Positions 1 through 9,168 of a stretch of DNA of 12,111 nt are shown here, piece after piece. Origin of the DNA: Octopus sinensis (lineage: Eukaryota); NCBI RefSeq assembly GCF_006345805.1, contig NW_021826695.1:1-12111 (forward strand), given 5' to 3'. The notes under the pieces are model-generated. The model was not told where the DNA came from and did no database searches. It saw only the letters and a list, made by a program, of their open reading frames with translations. How positions within the stretch are numbered: position 1 is the first letter of the stretch; each line of letters opens with the position of its first letter. The translations under genes were made by a program, and so were the position numbers.

Positions 1-339
1 TCAGTCCCACTGCGTGACATCTTGGGCAAGTGTCTTCTGCTATAGCCCCGGGCCGACCAATGCCTTGTGAGTGGATTTGGTAGACAGAAACTTAAAGAAG
101 CCTGTCGAATATATATAGGTGTAGGAGTGGCTGTGTGGTAAGTAGCTTGCTAACCAACCACATGGTTCCTGGTTCAGTCCCACTGCGTGGCATCTTGGGC
201 AAGTGTCTTCTGCTATAGCCCCGGGCTGACCAATAACTTGTGAGTGGATTTTGTAGACGGAAACTGTGGTAAGTAGCTTGCTTACCAACTACATGGTTCC
301 GGGTTCAGTCCCGCTGCGTGGCACCTTGGGCAAGTGTCT
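1..339 (+). mobile_element. Three head-to-tail copies of tRNA-derived CORE-like SINE-A (1-117 cut by the window edge; 118-266; 267-339 truncated at both ends)
   Basis: Pol III A-box-like TGGCTGTGTGG and B-box-like GGTTCAGTCCC. The segment CTGCGTGGCA(C/T)CTTGGGCAAGTGT resembles the CORE domain of CORE-SINEs. The 3' end GGAAACTGAAAGAAGCCYGTCG is followed by (TA)n. Matches the many other copies in the window. Confidence 0.88.
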
Positions 340-506
340 ATATGCATATTCTATATACATATTCTACTTATATGGAATATACGGTTATCATTGGAAGCAT
401 TTTAATATCAACAGGTTATATTATTCCACGGTTCCATTTAGAATTGTGAGTTTCCCATCACAGAAACTACATTGTAATTTAATTCCATTTTAATCTAAAG
501 ATCTAC

Positions 507-630
507 ATTCTATATTCTACGTGTGGTCAGAAGCATTTACCAGCAATGGTAGTTGGCAGGGAGCCAGGTTTTAACATTTATTGAAAGGGTGTTGACATTC
601 AGTTCTTGGAATTAGAAACTACTTATTCTG
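507..630 (+). repeat. 124-bp direct repeat, copy 1 (copy 2 at 3260-3383)
   Basis: Ungapped manual alignment with 3260-3383 gives 10 mismatches in 124 bp (about 92%). Confidence 0.9.
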
Positions 631-634
631 CCAA

Positions 635-945
635 GGAGGCGCAATGGCCCAGTGGTTAGGGCAGCGGACTCGCGGTCATAGGATCGCGGTTTCAATTCCC
701 AGACCGGGCGTTGTGAGTGTTTATTGAGCGAAAACACCTAAAGCTCCACGAAGCTCCGGCAGGGGATGGTGGTGATCCCTGCTGTACTCTTTCACCACAA
801 CTGTCTCTCACTCTTTCTTCTGTTGGCCTGCTCGCTTAGCCAACGGGGTGGCGTCATTTGAAGGCTACAACAATGCAAAGTGCATTGTGACCAGCGATGT
901 ATAACAACATCTGATAGCCTGGTCGGTCACGGTGATCACGGTGAT
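635..945 (+). mobile_element. tRNA-derived SINE-B, full length, 3' tail variant 1
   Basis: Starts GGAGGCGCAATGGCCCAGTGG (canonical A box); B-box-like GGTTTCAATTCC. Ends in tandem CACGGTGAT x2 followed by (TA)n. Shares its first ~180 nt with the copies at 976 and 2056. Confidence 0.85.
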
Positions 946-975
946 ATATATATATATATATGTATAAATATATGT

Positions 976-2053
976 GGAGTCGCAATGGCCCAGTGGTTAG
1001 GGCAGCGGACTCGCGGTTTCGATTCCCAGAACGGGCGTTATGAGTGTTTATTGAGCGAAAACACCTAAAGCTCCACGAAGCTCCGGCAGGGGATGGTGGT
1101 GATCCCTGCTGTACTCTTTCACCACAACTTTCTCTCACTCTTACTTCTTGTTTCTGTTGTACTTGTATTTCAAGGGGCCGGCCTTGTCACTCTCTGTGTC
1201 ACGCTGAATATCCCCGAGAACTACGTTAAGGGTACACGTGTCTGTGGAGTGCTCAGCCTCTTGCACGTTAATTCCACGAGCAGGCTGTTCCCATTGATCG
1301 TATCAGCCGAACCCTCATCGTCGTAACCGACGGAGTGCTCCTGCAGGGGATTGTGGTGATCCCTGCTGTACTCTTTCACCACAACTTTCTCTCACTCTTA
1401 CTTCCTGTTTCTGTTGTACCTGTATTTCAAGGGGCCGGCCTTGTCACTCTCTGTTCACGCGCTGAATATCCCCGAGAACTACGTTAAGGGTACACGTGTC
1501 TGTGGAGTGCTCAGCCACTTACACGTTAATTTCACGAGCAGGCTGTTCCGTTGATTCCGATCAGCTGGGACCCTCATCGTCGTAACCGACGGAGTGCTCC
1601 GGCAGGGGTTGGTGGTGATCCCTGCTGTACTCTTTCACCACAACTTTCTCTCACTCTTACTTCCTGTTTCTGTTGTACCTGTATTTCAAGGGGCCGTCCT
1701 TGGCACTCTCTGTGTCATGCTGAATATCCCCGAGAACTACGTTAAGGGTACACGTGTCTGTGGAGTGCTCAGCCACTTACACGTTAATTCCACGAGCAGG
1801 CTGTTCCGTTGATTCGGATCAACCGGAACCCTCGTCGTTGTAACCGACGGAGTGCTCCTGCAGGGAATGGTGGTGATCCCTGCTGTACTCTTTCACCACA
1901 ACTTTCTCTCACTCTTACTTCCTGTTTCTGTTGTACCTGTATTTCAAGGGGCCGGCCTTGTCACTCTCTGTGTCACGCTGAATATCCCCGAGAACTACGT
2001 TAAGGGTACACGTGTCTGTGGAGTGCTCAGCCACTTGCACGTTAATTTCACAA
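976..2053 (+). mobile_element. SINE-B (tail variant 2): one tRNA-like head followed by ~3.8 tandem 257-259-bp body units
   Basis: Head at 976-1079 has a 14-bp deletion between two TCGCGGT repeats. Body units start at GCTCC 1080, 1337, 1596 and 1854; the last is truncated near 2053. Confidence 0.88.
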
Positions 2054-2055
2054 GT

Positions 2056-2592
2056 GGAGGCGCAATGGCCCAGTGGCTAGGGCAGCGGACTCCGGTCATA
2101 GGATCGCGGTTTCGATTCCCAGACCGGGCGTTGTGAGTGTTTATTGAGCGAAAACACCTAAAGCACCACGAAGCTCCGGCAGGGGATGGTGGTGATCCCT
2201 GCTGTACTCTTTCACCCAACTTTTTCTCTCACTCTTACTTCCTGTTTCTGTTGTACCTGTATTTCAAGGGGCCGGCCTTGTCACTCTCTGTGTCACGCCG
2301 AATATCCCCGAGAACTACGTTAAGGGTACACGTGTCTGTGAGTGCTCAGCCATTTACACGTTAATTTCACGAGCAGGCTGTTCCATTGATTCGGATCAAC
2401 CGGAACCCTCGTCGTCGTAACCGATGGAGTGCTCTTGCAGGGGATGGTGGTGATCCCTGCAGTACTCTTTCACCACAACTTTCTCTCACTCTTACTTCCT
2501 GTTTCTGTTGTACCTGTATTTCAAGGGGCCGGCCTTGTCACTCTCTGTGTCACGCTGAATATCCCCGATAACTACGTTAAGGGTACACGTGT
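2056..2592 (+). mobile_element. SINE-B (tail variant 2): head, one full body and a partial second body
   Basis: GGAGGCGCAATGGCCCAGTGG at 2056; body starts at 2173 and 2431 (period 258); cut at GGGTACACGTGT 2592. Confidence 0.88.
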
Positions 2593-3258
2593 AAAAAAAA
2601 ATCTACCATCATTTTTCTCCATTTTTAATGCATTTTTTTGCTATTTTTTGGCTATAAATCTCTAAAAATGCTTTATAGTTATTTCCCTTACAAACCCGAG
2701 CAACGCCGGGCGATACTTCATATTGAGCCCTTCTGGGTATTAGCGCGCGTCTACGATGTGTCAACGATTTTTAAAAAAAATCTACCATCATTTTTCTCCA
2801 TTTTTAATGCATTTTTTTTGCTATTTTTTGGCTATAACTCTCTAAAAATGCTTTATAGTTATTTCCCTTACAAACCCGAGCAACGCCGGGCGATACTTCA
2901 TATCGAGCCCTTCTGGGTATTAGCGCGCGTCCACGATGAGTCAACGATTTTTTTTAAAAATCTACCATCATTTTTCTCCATTTTTAATGCATTTTTTGCT
3001 ATTTTTTGGCTATAACTCTCTAAAAATGCTTTATAGTTATTTCCCTTACAAACCCGAGCAACGCCGGGCGATACTTCATATCGAGCCCTTCTGGGTATTA
3101 GCGCGCGTCTACGATGAGTCAACGATTTTGAAAAAAATCTACCATCATTTTTCTCCATTTTTAATGCATTTTTTTGCTATTTTTTCGCTATAATTCTCTG
3201 AAAATGCTTTATAGTTATTTCCCTTACAAACCCGAGCAACGCCGGGTGATACTGCTAG
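2593..3258 (+). mobile_element. Tandemly amplified Helitron 3' end (~3.7 units of 178-180 bp) ending in hairpin + CTAG
   Basis: The GC-rich hairpin CCCGAGC-AAC-GCCGGG occurs at 2695, 2875, 3053 and 3231. Only the last is followed after 8 nt by CTAG (3255-3258) and a flanking T (3259), the canonical Helitron 3' signature. The same hairpin lies downstream of the helicase fragment at 6514-6529 (minus). Confidence 0.75.
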
Positions 3259-3259
3259 T

Positions 3260-3383
3260 ATTCTATATTCTACGTTTCGTAAGAAGCATTTACCAGCAAT
3301 GGTAGTTGGCAGAGAGTCAGGATTTAACATTTATCGAAAGGGTGTTGACATTCACTTCTTGGAATTATAAGCTACTTATTCTG
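3260..3383 (+). repeat. 124-bp direct repeat, copy 2 (copy 1 at 507-630)
   Basis: About 92% identical to 507-630; begins 1 nt after the Helitron CTAG. Confidence 0.9.
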
Positions 3384-3532
3384 GCCGAAATGCAGAGAAT
3401 GAAGTCTAATGGTTTTATGATCTGTTGTGGAAAATATAATGAGGAATTTTAATCTGTTAAGATAGCCGCAATTCACGTTTGAAATGTTTCTTTACTTTAA
3501 ATAGTGTCAAACGTACACTATCTATTATTTGT

Positions 3533-3630
3533 CATCACCGTCAACATCATCGTCTTCATCTTCATCATCATCATCGTCATCGTCGTCGTCATCGTCATCA
3601 TCATCATCATCATCGTCATCATCATCATCA
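3533..3630. repeat. Compound (CAT/CGT)n trinucleotide microsatellite
   Basis: Direct reading of the sequence; explains the poly-Ser, poly-His and poly-Ile ORFs. Confidence 0.95.
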
Positions 3631-5063
3631 TTACCACACAGCCACTCCTACACCTATACATACATATATACGACGAGCTTCTTTCAGTTTCCGTCTACCA
3701 AATCCACTCACAAGGTTTTGGTCAGCCAGAGGCTCTAGCAGAAGACACTTGCCAAGGTACCACACAGTGGGACTGAACCCAGAACCATGTGGTTGGTAAG
3801 CAAGCTACTTACAACACATCCACTCCTACGCCTATATATATACGACAGGCTTCTTTCAGTTTACGCCTACCAAATCCACTCACAAGGCTTTGGTTAGCCC
3901 GAGGCTACAGTACAAGACACTTGCTCAAGATCCCACACAGTGGGACTGAACCCAAAACCATGTGGTTGGCAAGCAAGCTACTTACCACACAGCCACTCCT
4001 GCACCTATATACATATATACGACGAGCTTCTTTCAGTTTCCGTCTACTAAATCCACTCACAAGGCTTTGGTCGGCCCGAGGCTATAGTAGAAGACACTTG
4101 CCGAAGGTGCCACGCAGTGGCACTGAACCCGGAACCATGTGGTTGGTAAGCAAGCTACTTACCACACAGCCACTCGTATGCCTATATATATACGACGAGC
4201 TTCTTTCAGTTTCCGTCTACCAAATCCACTCACAAGGCTTTGGTCGGCCCGAGGCTACAGTAGAAGACACTTGCCCAAGATGCCACGCAGTGGGACTGAA
4301 CCCAGAACCATGTAGTTGGTAAGCAAGCTACTTACCACGCAGCCACTCCTGCACCTATATACATATATACGACGAGCTTCTTTCAGTTTCCATCTACCAA
4401 ATCCACTCACAAGGCTTTTGTCGGCCCATGGCTATAGTAGAAGACACTTGGCCAAGGTGCCACGCAGTTGGACTGAACCCGGAACCATGTGGTTGGCAAG
4501 CAAGCTACTTACCACACAGCCACTCCTGTACCTATATACATATATACGACAGGCTTCTTTCAGTTTCCGTCTACCAAATCCACTCACAAGGCTTTGGTCG
4601 GCCCCAGGCTATAGCAGAAGACACTTGGCCTAGGTACCACGCAGTGGAACTGAACCCAGAACCATGTGGTTGGTAAGCAAGCTACTTACCACACAGCCAC
4701 TCCTGCACCTATATACATATATACGACGAGCTTCTTTCAGTTTCCGTCTACCAAATCCACTCACAAGGCTTTTGTCGGCCCCAGGCTATAGCAGAAGACA
4801 CTTGGCCTAGGTGCCACGCAGTGGAACTGAACCCAGAACCATGTTGTTGGTAAGCAAGCTACTTACCACACAACCACTCCTGCACCTATATACATATATA
4901 CGACGAGCTTCTTTCAGTTTCCGTCTACCAAATCCACTCACAAGGCTTTGGTCGGCTCGAGGCTATAGTAGAAGACACTTGCCCAAGATGCCACGCAGTG
5001 GGACTGAACCCAGAACCATGTAGTTGGTAAGCAAGCTACTTACCACACAGCCACTCCTGCGCC
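3631..5063 (-). mobile_element. Satellite-like array of SINE-A: 8 complete head-to-tail units plus a 24-bp head
   Basis: TTAC(C/A)AC anchor at 3631, 3809, 3982, 4159, 4332, 4509, 4686, 4863 and 5040; periods 178, 173, 177, 173, 177, 177, 177, 177. Each unit is the reverse complement of SINE-A joined by a short TA spacer. Confidence 0.92.
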
Positions 5064-5541
5064 TATATATATATATATATATCTTAGTAAAGGTGTGTAT
5101 CCAATGCCTCTTACACTCCGCATATCTACATATCTATTATTATAAATACACGACACAACTTATTTCGTTGCTAAATAGATCGTCTTTTAATGTCGATTCT
5201 ACACAATCTCATTTACTTCCACCATAAACTTGTAGCTTCGTGCCTAAATAAGAACTCTGTATCTCTCAGCGCCAGAGTTTCTCTAACGTTAACTATTATT
5301 AGCTTACAGTATTTATTTAAAAAAAAGATTCCTCTGCATATTACGATACTTGGAAGCTCAACATCAAAAGACTATGTTCATCTGTGAATGCCATTTTTTC
5401 TTATAGATCTGTGATGGTCTGGTGGTAATCTCCTTAACAGAACTGTTTCCAAGTTGGTGCTAATTCTATCTATTATTGGTGAATCTAATTTGCATTGCGT
5501 AAACGAAGCAGAGAGCCAGTGAAAATAGCAGATACTAAACA

Positions 5542-5630
5542 TACTCTTTACTCTTTACTCTTTTACTTGTTTCAGTCATTTGACTGCGGCCATGCTGGAG
5601 CACCGCCTTTTTTTGTAAGCCTAGTATTTA
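5542..5630 (-). mobile_element. Internally deleted 3' fragment of a third SINE family with a (GAGTAAA)n-type tail
   Basis: TACTCTT tandem followed by TACTTGTTTCAGTCATTTGACTGCGGCCATGCTGGAGCACCGCC. I recall this as the reverse complement of an abundant octopus SINE 3' end; recollection only, not verified. Confidence 0.5.
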
Positions 5631-5632
5631 TC

Positions 5633-5664
<32 letters not shown>

Positions 5665-5695
5665 TATATTATATATATATATATATATACATATA

Positions 5696-6041
5696 TACGA
5701 CAGGCTTCTTTCAGTTTCCGTCTACCAAATCCACTCAAAAGGTTTTGGACGGCCCGAGGCTATAGTAGAAAATACTTGCCGAAGGTGCCACGCAGAGGGA
5801 CTGAACCCGGAACCATGTAGTTGGTAAGCAAGCTACTTACCACACAGCCACTCCTGTGCTTATATATATATATATATACGACAGGCTTCTTTCAGTTTCC
5901 ATCTACCAAATCCACTCACAAGGCATTGGTCGGCCCGAGGTTATAGTAGAAGACACTTGCCCAAGGTGCCATGCAGTGGGACTGAACCCGGAACCATGTG
6001 GTTGGTTAGCAAGCTACTTACCACGCAGCCACTCCTGCGCC
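5696..6041 (-). mobile_element. Two tandem SINE-A copies (5696-5859 and 5877-6041)
   Basis: Full reverse-complement matches to SINE-A, each with a TA tail. Confidence 0.9.
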
Positions 6042-6161
6042 TATTGCTAATCTATCAACTTGCCCTTCGCTTTCTCATTTGCAACTCAACTAATCTCTCA
6101 TCTTGAGGTGTTTTTCTTTTTTGTTATATTTGCTCTTTCTGTTTACATGTTTAAGTCATTA

Positions 6162-6320
6162 GGCGCAGGAGTGGCTGTGTGGTAAGTAGCTTGCTCACCA
6201 ACCACATGGCTCCGGGTTCAGTCCCACTACGTAGCACCTTGGGCAAGTGTCTTCTACTATAGCCTCGGACCGACCAAAGCCTTGTGAGTGGATTTGGTAG
6301 ATGGAAACTGAAAGAAGCCT
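6162..6320 (+). mobile_element. SINE-A, full length
   Basis: GGCGCAGGAGTGGCTGTGTGGTAAG ... GAAACTGAAAGAAGCCT. Confidence 0.9.
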
Positions 6321-6328
6321 TTCATATA

Positions 6329-6494
6329 TACGACAGGCTTCTTTTCAGTTTCCGTCTACCAAATCCAATCACAAGGCTTTATTCGGCCCGAGCCTATAGT
6401 AGAAGACACCTGCCCAAGGTGCCACGCAGTGGGACTGAGCCCGGAACCATGTCGCTGGTAAGCAAGCTACTTACCGCACAGCCACTCCTATACC
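6329..6494 (-). mobile_element. SINE-A, full length, tail-to-tail with 6162-6320
   Basis: Reverse-complement match; head ends at TACC 6494. Confidence 0.9.
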
Positions 6495-6502
6495 TATATA
6501 TT

Positions 6503-6529
6503 CAAGCGAATTGCCCGGCGTTGCTCGGG
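6503..6529 (-). mobile_element. Helitron 3' terminal hairpin with degenerate CTRR (CTTG)
   Basis: The minus strand reads CCCGAGCAACGCCGGG-CAATTCG-CTTG. The hairpin is identical to those at 2695-3246 and lies ~75 bp downstream of the helicase fragment on the same strand. Confidence 0.65.
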
Positions 6530-6604
6530 GCTGAATTGCTTGAAAGTACTGTTAATGATTGCACTGAATTATGATGATTATTCAGGCAAATATTGATATA
6601 AGCT

Positions 6605-7822
6605 TACGGTGGGAGATAAGGACTTAACGATCCACGTGTGCCATTGCATTGTTTTGGGGGAACCAAATTTCTAATGAGCATTATAGGGGCACCAACTTTA
6701 AGTTTGAGAATGTGTGGTGGTAGTCCGGGGGGCTCAAGGAATTGAGTACCTCTATTGGATAGTTGATGACGTCCCCTGGGTCAGGAGTTGTATCGATAGA
6801 CTTATATACATAGACATCTCCAGGAATGAGTTTTAGCATTTATCATTAATATGGTGAACAGTTTTATTCCTCGGTGCCAGAATAGCCCTTTGTCCAATCC
6901 AATCCATATTCTGATAATTAGCTTGTAGATCTGGGAACACTGCATCTCTGAGATCAGAAGGCGTTTTAACAATGGTACAAATGGAATCGATGGCAATATT
7001 ACCATTTTCATCCCCTGGTATTTTGCCTTCGCCAAGTGCAAGGAGGGTGTGAGAAAATGTTGCTGATGTGATATCACGTCGCATATGAGCACGCATATTG
7101 GTGTGACGTTTGAGAGTCTTCACCAGTGGCCACAATGTGGATGACTTAAGACACGCACTTACTGCATCAGCTCTAGTCCCTTTGGGAATAACGGGAAGTG
7201 TTTGTCGGAAGTCCCCTGAAAGAAGAAGTGTTATGCCTCGCATGGGAGCTGAAGAGTGTTTGATGTCTCTGAGAGATCTATCTAGTGCCTCAAGAGCACC
7301 TCTGTGGGCCATCTTGCATTCATCCCAAACGATAAGCTTGCATCGTCTGAAGACTTCTGCCTAATCGGAGCTGTTACTGATGTTGCAAGTTGGTGTCTCA
7401 GTCTTCGCTAAGTCAAGCGGGAGCTTGAAAGTGGAGTGAGCTGTCCTGCCGCCTGGCAACAAAGTAGCCGCAATTCCAGATGATGCCACAGCTAGGGCAA
7501 TGCCTTGTGTTCGCCTAATCTCAGCCAATATTAATTAGTTGACAAAAGTTTTCCCAGTGCCCCCAGGAGCGTCCAGGAAAAAAATCCCCCCAGCTTTGGC
7601 CCGGACTGAATTAACAACGGAGTTGTAAGCGAACTTCTGTTCTGGAAGGAGCTTTGGCTCATTGTCGGCTATGTACTTGGCAAGCTCGTCAACATTAAAA
7701 CATTTCTCACGTAGCAAATGTGAAGACAGAGTGTTTGTGCCTTCCCGGTTTGTTGAAGGTAGGCCATAGACCGGCAAGGCACTACCGCCCATATCAAGTA
7801 CAGTATCTTCGAACGTAGTTTG
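6605..7822 (-). pseudogene. Decayed PIF1-family (SF1B) helicase fragment of a Helitron RepHel protein
   Basis: Walker A FFLDAPGGTGKTF; AVASSGIAATLLPGGRTAHSTFKLP; Walker B IVWDECKMAHR; LLLSGDFRQTLPVI; RAILAPRN; after frame restoration [29 protein letters not shown]. In-frame stops at 7535-7537 (TAA) and 7361-7363 (TAG), and apparent 1-nt deletions near 6840, 6735 and 6633. No Rep (HUH) domain is visible. Confidence 0.92.
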
Positions 7823-7846
7823 TTACCACACAGCCACACCTGCCCC
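7823..7846 (-). mobile_element. 24-bp SINE-A head fragment abutting the helicase fragment
   Basis: The minus strand reads GGGGCAGGTGTGGCTGTGTGGTAA, then runs directly into helicase-frame sequence. Confidence 0.7.
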
Positions 7847-7970
7847 TATGTATGTGTGTGTGTGTGTACGTGTGTGTGTATGGGTAGATATATTATACAT
7901 GTATATATGTGTATATATATATATGCGTACATATTACATGTACATCTATATATATATATACATCTACACA
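7847..7970. repeat. Degenerate (TG)n/(TA)n microsatellite
   Basis: Direct reading. Confidence 0.85.
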
Positions 7971-8568
7971 TAAAATACAAAATAGAAAGTTATATCTTGA
8001 TATCGCTAGTGATAACAATACTCAAAATATATAAGAGACTGAAATTGTAGGCCCGTCTCTTGCAATTTTGATCAATTGGATCTTGTATAGAAGTGTACGG
8101 CTGCAGCGAAATTCATTTTTGGACTTTCTTCTATCGAAGGCATTTTAACAAAAATGCTTCCGTAAAGACGGTGAAAATATTGTCAATTTCCCCAAACAGG
8201 GACACAATTCAATTTTAAAACAATAACCAAAGCCCCTTCTCCGAAAGTGGGAGGGTTACGATTTACAATTATTTAACAAATGCAACACAACAACGTTTCC
8301 CTGACGAGGAAGCAACAAACGTGATTACAATAGTCAAACAGTAATAATAATAACAACAAACCTTTTTAATTTATCCCCATTTATGTGAAACCATTTATTC
8401 AAGTTCAAGTCATTGATGCAATTTCATACGAATTGCTAATACACACACACATAATAAGGGTGAAAAATTGAATATTAATTTGATTAATATGAATTGAAAA
8501 CCAGTGGTGTAGCATATAAGACCACAGCGGATCTTCTTCTAGCAAAAAGGATGACCAGTATTAATTGC

Positions 8569-9168
8569 TCATCCCTTTTATATAAATACTTTCACATTAA
8601 TCGTTGCACACTTGCAAAGAGAAAGTAGCAGAAAGTGTAGTGGTAATGGTAGGAGTGAAGCACTGGAAATGAAAGAGGGAAATGGTAAAATATTGAGTTT
8701 TCTCGAATTTTTGCTTAATTGGGGGTCAAATTGAAAGATATTTATATGCCATGACCGAATGGAAGTACTTGGAAAAATCATAGGTAAACTCTAATTGAAG
8801 AAATTGTGTGAGGAGTAAATCGTTATGTATTTATTTGTTTCTGTTTGCTGTGTTCTTTTTTAAAAGTGGTTTAAGGTACACTTGCAAAGAGAAAGTGGGA
8901 GAAATTAGGGTGATAGCACGAGTGAAGCAGTTCATCCCTGTTATATAAATAGTTTCACTTTAATTGTTGCACACTTGCAAAGAGAAAGTAGCAGAAAGTG
9001 TGGTGGTAATGGTAGGAGTGAAGCACTTTAAATGAAAGAGGGAAATGGTAAAATATTTACGTTTTTCGAATTTTGCTTAATTGGGGGTGAAATTTAAAAA
9101 ACTTCACATGCCACGACCCGATGGAATCTACTTGTAAAAATGATAGGTAAATTCCAATTGAAGATATT
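8569..9168. repeat. Diverged ~237-bp direct duplication (8569-8805 and 8932-9168, offset 363), with a third short copy of ACACTTGCAAAGAGAAAGT near 8878-8896
   Basis: Shared blocks include TTGCACACTTGCAAAGAGAAAGTAGCAGAAAGTGT, AAATGAAAGAGGGAAATGGTAAAATATT and TTTTGCTTAATTGGGGGT. Confidence 0.88.

Noticed and set aside
345-452. Faint resemblance (TATTCTAC…GAAGCATTT…TTAGAATT) to the 124-bp duplicated segment
   Set aside because: Only short AT-rich words match; no collinear alignment.
635-710. Possible tRNA genes at the SINE heads
   Set aside because: A and B boxes are present but there is no complete cloverleaf with a paired acceptor stem, and each head continues into a SINE body.
1044-2665. 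Repeated ORFs such as GDPCCTLSPQLSLTLTSCFCC and VVIPAVLFHHNFLSLLL
   Set aside because: They arise from the 258-bp SINE-B units and are not supported as genes.
3479-3799. Poly-His, poly-Ser and poly-Ile ORFs
   Set aside because: Translations of the (CAT/CGT)n microsatellite plus SINE sequence.
2593-5063. CRISPR-like regular arrays
   Set aside because: The units repeat over their whole length with no unique spacers; eukaryotic context and no cas genes.
3789-5227. Repeating 59-aa-period ORFs (…LLTTQPLLHLYTYIRRASFSFRLPNPLTRLWSARG…)
   Set aside because: Antisense reading of 177-bp SINE-A units; frames break at the 173- and 178-bp units and there is no recognisable domain.
5390-5470. Acceptor-like TTTTTTCTTATAG followed by a short open stretch
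   Set aside because: All three frames stop within about 60 nt and there is no convincing donor.
8033-8061. AAGAGAC/GTCTCTT 7-bp inverted repeat
   Set aside because: A short stem with a 15-nt loop is expected by chance and has no associated feature.
8295-8325. CTGACGA at 8301-8307 as a third hammerhead core
   Set aside because: No stem II followed by GAAA (the sequence reads CAAAC) and no closing stems I or III.
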